Positions 61,119 to 64,000 of a stretch of 64,000 nt of DNA are shown here, piece by piece. Source of the stretch: Promethearchaeota archaeon (GTDB taxonomy: Archaea; Asgardarchaeota; Lokiarchaeia; Sigyniarchaeales; SOKP01); assembly GCA_011364975.1 (NCBI GenBank), contig RDOE01000003.1, positions 1 through 64,000 of the forward strand. Reading direction: 5' to 3'. Within the stretch, counting starts at the first letter, position 1; each line of letters begins with the position of its first letter. The translations under genes were made by a program, and so were the position numbers. Below the pieces are notes generated by a model. The model did not search any database. It was not told where the DNA came from and saw only the letters and a list, made by a program, of their open reading frames with translations.

Positions 61119-62134
61119 CCGTATCTCTCTTTAAATTTATTATATAAATCTGAACTGAGTTTTAAAATTCGCTTAGACCCTTTTACAATCTTAACTAAAT
61201 CCTCAGGAATGTTTTTTAATCCAAAATAAGCTCCAGCTAAACCACCTCCAATAGCTCCTACTGTATCACTATCTCCACCCGCAGTTGCTAAGCTATATAA
61301 ACAATCTTTAAATGAGGATAAACTTTTTAAGAAAATAAAGATGGCACATGCCACTGTACTTAAAGTATAGGGATGTACAAATGCTTTTCCCAAATATTGC
61401 TCAATGAAATAGGGAGATCTAACCCCTGCCTGCGAGAACTTTATTAATCCCGCTTCAATTGGAATATTTAAATTTTGCTTCACTTTGTCTAAAATTTCAA
61501 CAAGCTCATTCCATATTGGCTCATTAGAATCCAAGATTGGGGAGGTTATTGTAGTAAAGAAACGATCAATAGGAATCGAAGTCTCTGGAGTTAATTCAAT
61601 CAAATATGCAATTGCTCGTGCAATTACTATAGCTCCAGCTGAGGCTGCTGGATGGGAGTGTGTAAGTTGGCTTGTCTTTAAAACTGTATCGCATAAATTA
61701 GTAATATCTTTGCAGTAAAATAATCCTAAGGGTGAAATTCTCATTGCTGTGCCGTTTCCTCCTGAGTTTGAAGCAGCATTTTCCCATGGTATCCCATATC
61801 GTAACTTTTTAATTGAAGAGATACATCCAAACCCAGGACCAATAGGTGGATCATCCAGCCATGCTATATATTCTCTGATAAAATTATCTAGGTTAAATCC
61901 TGAACCTTGAATAAGGGCTTGAGTAGTATGTATTGTTAATTGGGTATCATCCGTATATGTATTAAATAAATGTTTGTGTTTATTAAGGTAATCTTCGAAA
62001 ATTGTGAACTTAGCATATATCTCTTCTCTTATCATACCTTCAAATGGATGGCCTAAGGTATCACCAATACTCACACCTAAAAGGGTTCCAGAAAATTTAT
62101 CTAGATAATCTATAAATCTCACTTCATACTTCAA
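61115..62134 (-). CDS. ADP-ribosylglycohydrolase (DraG/ARH3 family)
   Basis: GDTLG, YTDDTQ, GNGTAMR, THSH, GGDSDT. Confidence 0.93.
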   Translation of the reverse strand: MKYEVRFIDYLDKFSGTLLGVSIGDTLGHPFEGMIREEIYAKFTIFEDYLNKHKHLFNTYTDDTQLTIHTTQALIQGSGFNLDNFIREYIAWLDDPPIGPGFGCISSIKKLRYGIPWENAASNSGGNGTAMRISPLGLFYCKDITNLCDTVLKTSQLTHSHPAASAGAIVIARAIAYLIELTPETSIPIDRFFTTITSPILDSNEPIWNELVEILDKVKQNLNIPIEAGLIKFSQAGVRSPYFIEQYLGKAFVHPYTLSTVACAIFIFLKSLSSFKDCLYSLATAGGDSDTVGAIGGGLAGAYFGLKNIPEDLVKIVKGSKRILKLSSDLYNKFKERYG

Positions 62135-62284
62135 TCATGTATTATTTAATCTATTAACTAATTAAGATAAGGATCTGAGTAATCCTTATAAATGAATCTT
62201 ACTGATTAATATTTTAATTAATTTTTCTTTAAATAATTTTAAAGATTTATACTATTCAAATATTAAATTTTTATTGATTGAAAT

Positions 62285-63184
62285 ATGAAAAAGTTAGAAA
62301 AACTTCAAAATGTAATCACTGCATTGATTACTCCTTTTAATGAGGATTATTCACTAGATGTAGATAAATATAGAGAATTTATTCGCTTTCAGATTGAAAA
62401 TGGTTGTCAACCATTAACCATGGGCACTACTGGAGAGTCAGCTACCCTTTCTCACGAGGAACATCATCAAGCAATAGACATTACTGTTGATGAGGCAAAA
62501 AAGTCAGGAAAAGATCCATTTGTATTAGCTGGAGCAGGAAGTAATTCTACTAAAGAATCTATTTCGTTATGTCAGTATGCTGAAAAAGCTGGGGCAGACG
62601 GTCTTCTAGTTGTCACACCTTATTATAATAAACCAGCACAACATTCTCTAATTGATCATTATAGTGCCCTGGCAGATGCAGTATCTTTGCCCATTATCAT
62701 ATACAACGTTCCCGGTCGAACTGGGTGTAACATTGAACCCGAAACAGTCTCTAAATTGGCTAATTCCAAAGATAATATTGTTGGTATTAAATGTGCAAGT
62801 GGAAATATTGATCAGATCACTAGATATTTTAAATTATGCCCCGAAGATTTTATTGTTCTGAGTGGTGATGATGTTCTTACTTACCATATAATGGCTCTTG
62901 GAGGAAAAGGTGTAATCAGTGTTGCATCAAATATTATGCCTGTTAAATTATTTGAATTTACTTCTAGTATGCTGGATGGAAATTGGGGAAAAGCCAGGAA
63001 AATGCAATTAGAATTGTATGATTTATTCAAGATATTATTTATAGAAACCAATCCTGGTCCCGTTAAATATGCGGCAGAACTCATGGGACTTATGAATAAG
63101 AGAATGCGCTTACCTTTAACACCTCCCTTAGAACAAAGTCAAAATAAAATTAAGGATGTACTTATAAATTTAAAATTAATCTAA
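62285..63184 (+). CDS. dapA: 4-hydroxy-tetrahydrodipicolinate synthase
   Basis: ALITPF, GTTGES, PYYNKP, YNVPGRTG, GIK, ETNPGPVK. Confidence 0.96.
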   Translation: MKKLEKLQNVITALITPFNEDYSLDVDKYREFIRFQIENGCQPLTMGTTGESATLSHEEHHQAIDITVDEAKKSGKDPFVLAGAGSNSTKESISLCQYAEKAGADGLLVVTPYYNKPAQHSLIDHYSALADAVSLPIIIYNVPGRTGCNIEPETVSKLANSKDNIVGIKCASGNIDQITRYFKLCPEDFIVLSGDDVLTYHIMALGGKGVISVASNIMPVKLFEFTSSMLDGNWGKARKMQLELYDLFKILFIETNPGPVKYAAELMGLMNKRMRLPLTPPLEQSQNKIKDVLINLKLI

Positions 63185-63208
63185 TAATGTAATTTTTGAG
63201 GGAAAAAA

Positions 63209-64000
63209 TTGATTAAATTATTAATTTTTGGTCCAACGGGTTCTATGGGAAGATTGATTACGGAATTAGCCTTAAAAGATAACGAAATTCAGATAGTTGC
63301 TGTATGTGATATTAATAATGTGGGAACTACTTTACAATCACTAATTGCTGTTGAAGATAAGAATAAATTAATAATCGAAGATGTTAATAACCTTCAACAA
63401 ATAATTGAAAAGACAAAACCTGAAGTTGCAGTTGATTTCACTATTGCGAAAGCAACTGAAAAGAATTGCATGATATGCGTAGAGAACGGAGTAAGATGCA
63501 TAATAGGTACAACTGCACTCACGGATGAATTTTTAAAAAAATTTAGTGATTTAGTTAAAAAAAATAATGCTCCTGCTGTTATATCTCCCAATATGGCCAC
63601 GGGTGTAAATTTAATATTTAAAGTGGCAGGGATCTTAGCACAATATTTAAGTGATTGGGATATTGAAATAATTGAAGCTCATCATAAACGAAAACTAGAT
63701 TCTCCTAGTGGTACTGCTTTGAAGATTGGTAAAATCATTGCTGAATCTCTCGGTAAAAGTTTAGAGACCGTTGCCAAATTTGGAAGGAATAAGGGACTCA
63801 ATAAAAGAGAAGTAGGCGCTAAGAATGAGATTGGATTTCATGCAATTCGGGGGGGAGATATTGTGGGGGATCACACAATTTTATATGCTGGGCCAGGAGA
63901 AAGGATAGAATTAAAACATCAAGCTCATAGTCGGATGTGTTTCGCAGAAGGAGCAATTAAAGCTATAAAGTTTATTGTAAATGCTAAAGAAAACAAAATT
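63209..64000 (+). CDS. dapB: 4-hydroxy-tetrahydrodipicolinate reductase (runs off window end)
   Basis: own translation from TTG 63209: IKLLIFGPTGSMG...VDFT...GTT...SPNMATG...EAHHKRKLDSPSGTA...IRGGDIVGDH. Confidence 0.95.
   Translation, partial: MIKLLIFGPTGSMGRLITELALKDNEIQIVAVCDINNVGTTLQSLIAVEDKNKLIIEDVNNLQQIIEKTKPEVAVDFTIAKATEKNCMICVENGVRCIIGTTALTDEFLKKFSDLVKKNNAPAVISPNMATGVNLIFKVAGILAQYLSDWDIEIIEAHHKRKLDSPSGTALKIGKIIAESLGKSLETVAKFGRNKGLNKREVGAKNEIGFHAIRGGDIVGDHTILYAGPGERIELKHQAHSRMCFAEGAIKAIKFIVNAKENKI

Noticed and set aside
60540-62134. ADP-ribosylglycohydrolase as part of a toxin-antitoxin or defence module
   Set aside because: No ADP-ribosyltransferase or defence gene adjacent; neighbours are housekeeping archaemetzincin (convergent) and dapA
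1-64000. CRISPR array, IS/transposase, integrase, prophage, rRNA
   Set aside because: No regularly spaced repeats, no transposase/integrase/capsid motifs and no long GC-rich RNA gene seen; flanks of the tRNA carry no integrase

Overview
AT-rich, densely coding archaeal chromosome segment. The gene content (archaeal RpoD-L18e-L13-S9 cluster, thermosome, Cdc48, several small GTPases including a Rag-like GTPase with a roadblock/longin-like domain, an E2-like/JAMM fusion, a 7TM protein) points to an Asgard archaeon, most likely Lokiarchaeia; this assignment is inferred, not searched. Most of the window is housekeeping and metabolic: aroC/aroA, glyA, trpS, trmI, pckG, msrB, dapA/dapB. I found no CRISPR array, rRNA or recognisable mobile element. 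Highlights: (1) an hdrA-mvhD(fused)-hdrC-hdrB-metV-metF operon resembling the proposed electron-bifurcating methylene-THF reductase of acetogens, plus a second stand-alone metV-metF pair; (2) at least three genes whose conserved N-termini lie upstream of any ATG/GTG/TTG and appear to start at ATT/ATA behind a Shine-Dalgarno motif, one of them missed entirely by the ORF track; (3) tRNA-Pro(UGG) with a 28-nt bulge-helix-bulge intron at non-canonical position 25/26; (4) an hsp20-cdc48-Phr-like regulator locus with a perfect palindrome in its promoter. All protein assignments come from motif recognition by eye.
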